Positions 28,421-28,614 of a DNA stretch of 28,614 bases are shown one piece after another. A model generated the notes under the pieces. The model had not been told where the DNA came from and did no database searches. It saw only the letters and a program-made list of their open reading frames with translations. Position 1 is the stretch's first letter. Every line of letters starts with the position of its first letter. Made by a program: the position numbers and the translations under genes. The stretch is taken from the IMG/VR virus record IMGVR_UViG_3300037863_000046, positions 1 through 28,614 of that record; one strand, 5' to 3'. Source of the stretch: a virus (Duplodnaviria; Caudoviricetes).

Positions 28421-28472
28421 CCTTAACCCTCGTGCCGTTGTTTGCCCTCCAGCACGGGGGTTATTTCTTTTT
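28421..28472 (+). ncRNA. Putative ~50-nt hairpin sRNA with loop antisense to early-gene RBS motif (also acts as intrinsic terminator)
   Basis: Stem TAACCCTCGTGC (28424-35)/GCACGGGGGTTA (28452-63), 16-nt loop CGTTGTTTGCCCTCCA, U-tail TTTCTTTTT; upstream extended -10. The terminator role is well supported; the sRNA role is inferred. Confidence 0.55.
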
Positions 28473-28550
28473 AATCCACACCTGATTGTGGATACTGCGC
28501 TCAACACTGAGTTCACTCCTACAAGTGGGACAGTTATAGTCATAGATCAT
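28461..28550 (-). CDS. Short FmdB-like zinc-ribbon protein, apparently truncated (29 aa)
   Basis: Not in track. MIYDYNCPTCRSELSVERSIHNQVWIKKK; M-x-Y-x-Y-x-CxxC start as in FmdB-family proteins but lacks the second CxxC; ATGA-coupled to the upstream ORF. Confidence 0.45.
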   Translation of the reverse strand: MIYDYNCPTCRSELSVERSIHNQVWIKKK

Positions 28551-28614
28551 AACTGTATGCCTTCCTCTATTGGTAGATACCCTACCAACTTACTTACTTT
28601 GTTAGAACGTGAGA
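28547..28614 (-). CDS. C-terminus of a protein entering from the right edge
   Basis: Open frame ...SRSNKVSKLVGYLPIEEGIQL* ending at TGA 28547-49, coupled to the next ATG. Confidence 0.5.
   Translation of the reverse strand, partial: SRSNKVSKLVGYLPIEEGIQL

Overview
The whole window is part of a tailed dsDNA phage genome. It is podovirus-like: terminase, portal, three putative ejection proteins, scaffold, N4-gp56-like capsid, tail tube and fibres, and no tape measure. Gene content suggests a freshwater actinobacterial (acI/Nanopelagicales-type) host; this is an inference. Positions 1-23518 hold the minus-strand packaging/virion module, including a collagen-like fibre, a GT2-TPR glycosyltransferase, a 7-repeat beta-propeller and a cluster of tiny basic proteins, interrupted by an inverted OB-fold-like + sulfotransferase cassette. 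A ~860-bp non-coding divergent control region carries two CRP-like boxes. It is followed by a plus-strand early region of tiny ORFs, an SLT-type transglycosylase and an orphan N6/N4 DNA methyltransferase. The most striking observation is at 28407-28472: an extended -10 promoter, a 12-bp hairpin and a U-tail could encode a ~50-nt sRNA. Its loop (UUUGCCCUCC) is complementary, allowing G-U pairs, to an atypical GAGGG(C/T)(A/G)A ribosome-binding motif in front of seven consecutive early genes. This suggests a phage-encoded trans-acting sRNA regulon. All calls are from manual reading; no database searches or folding programs were run.
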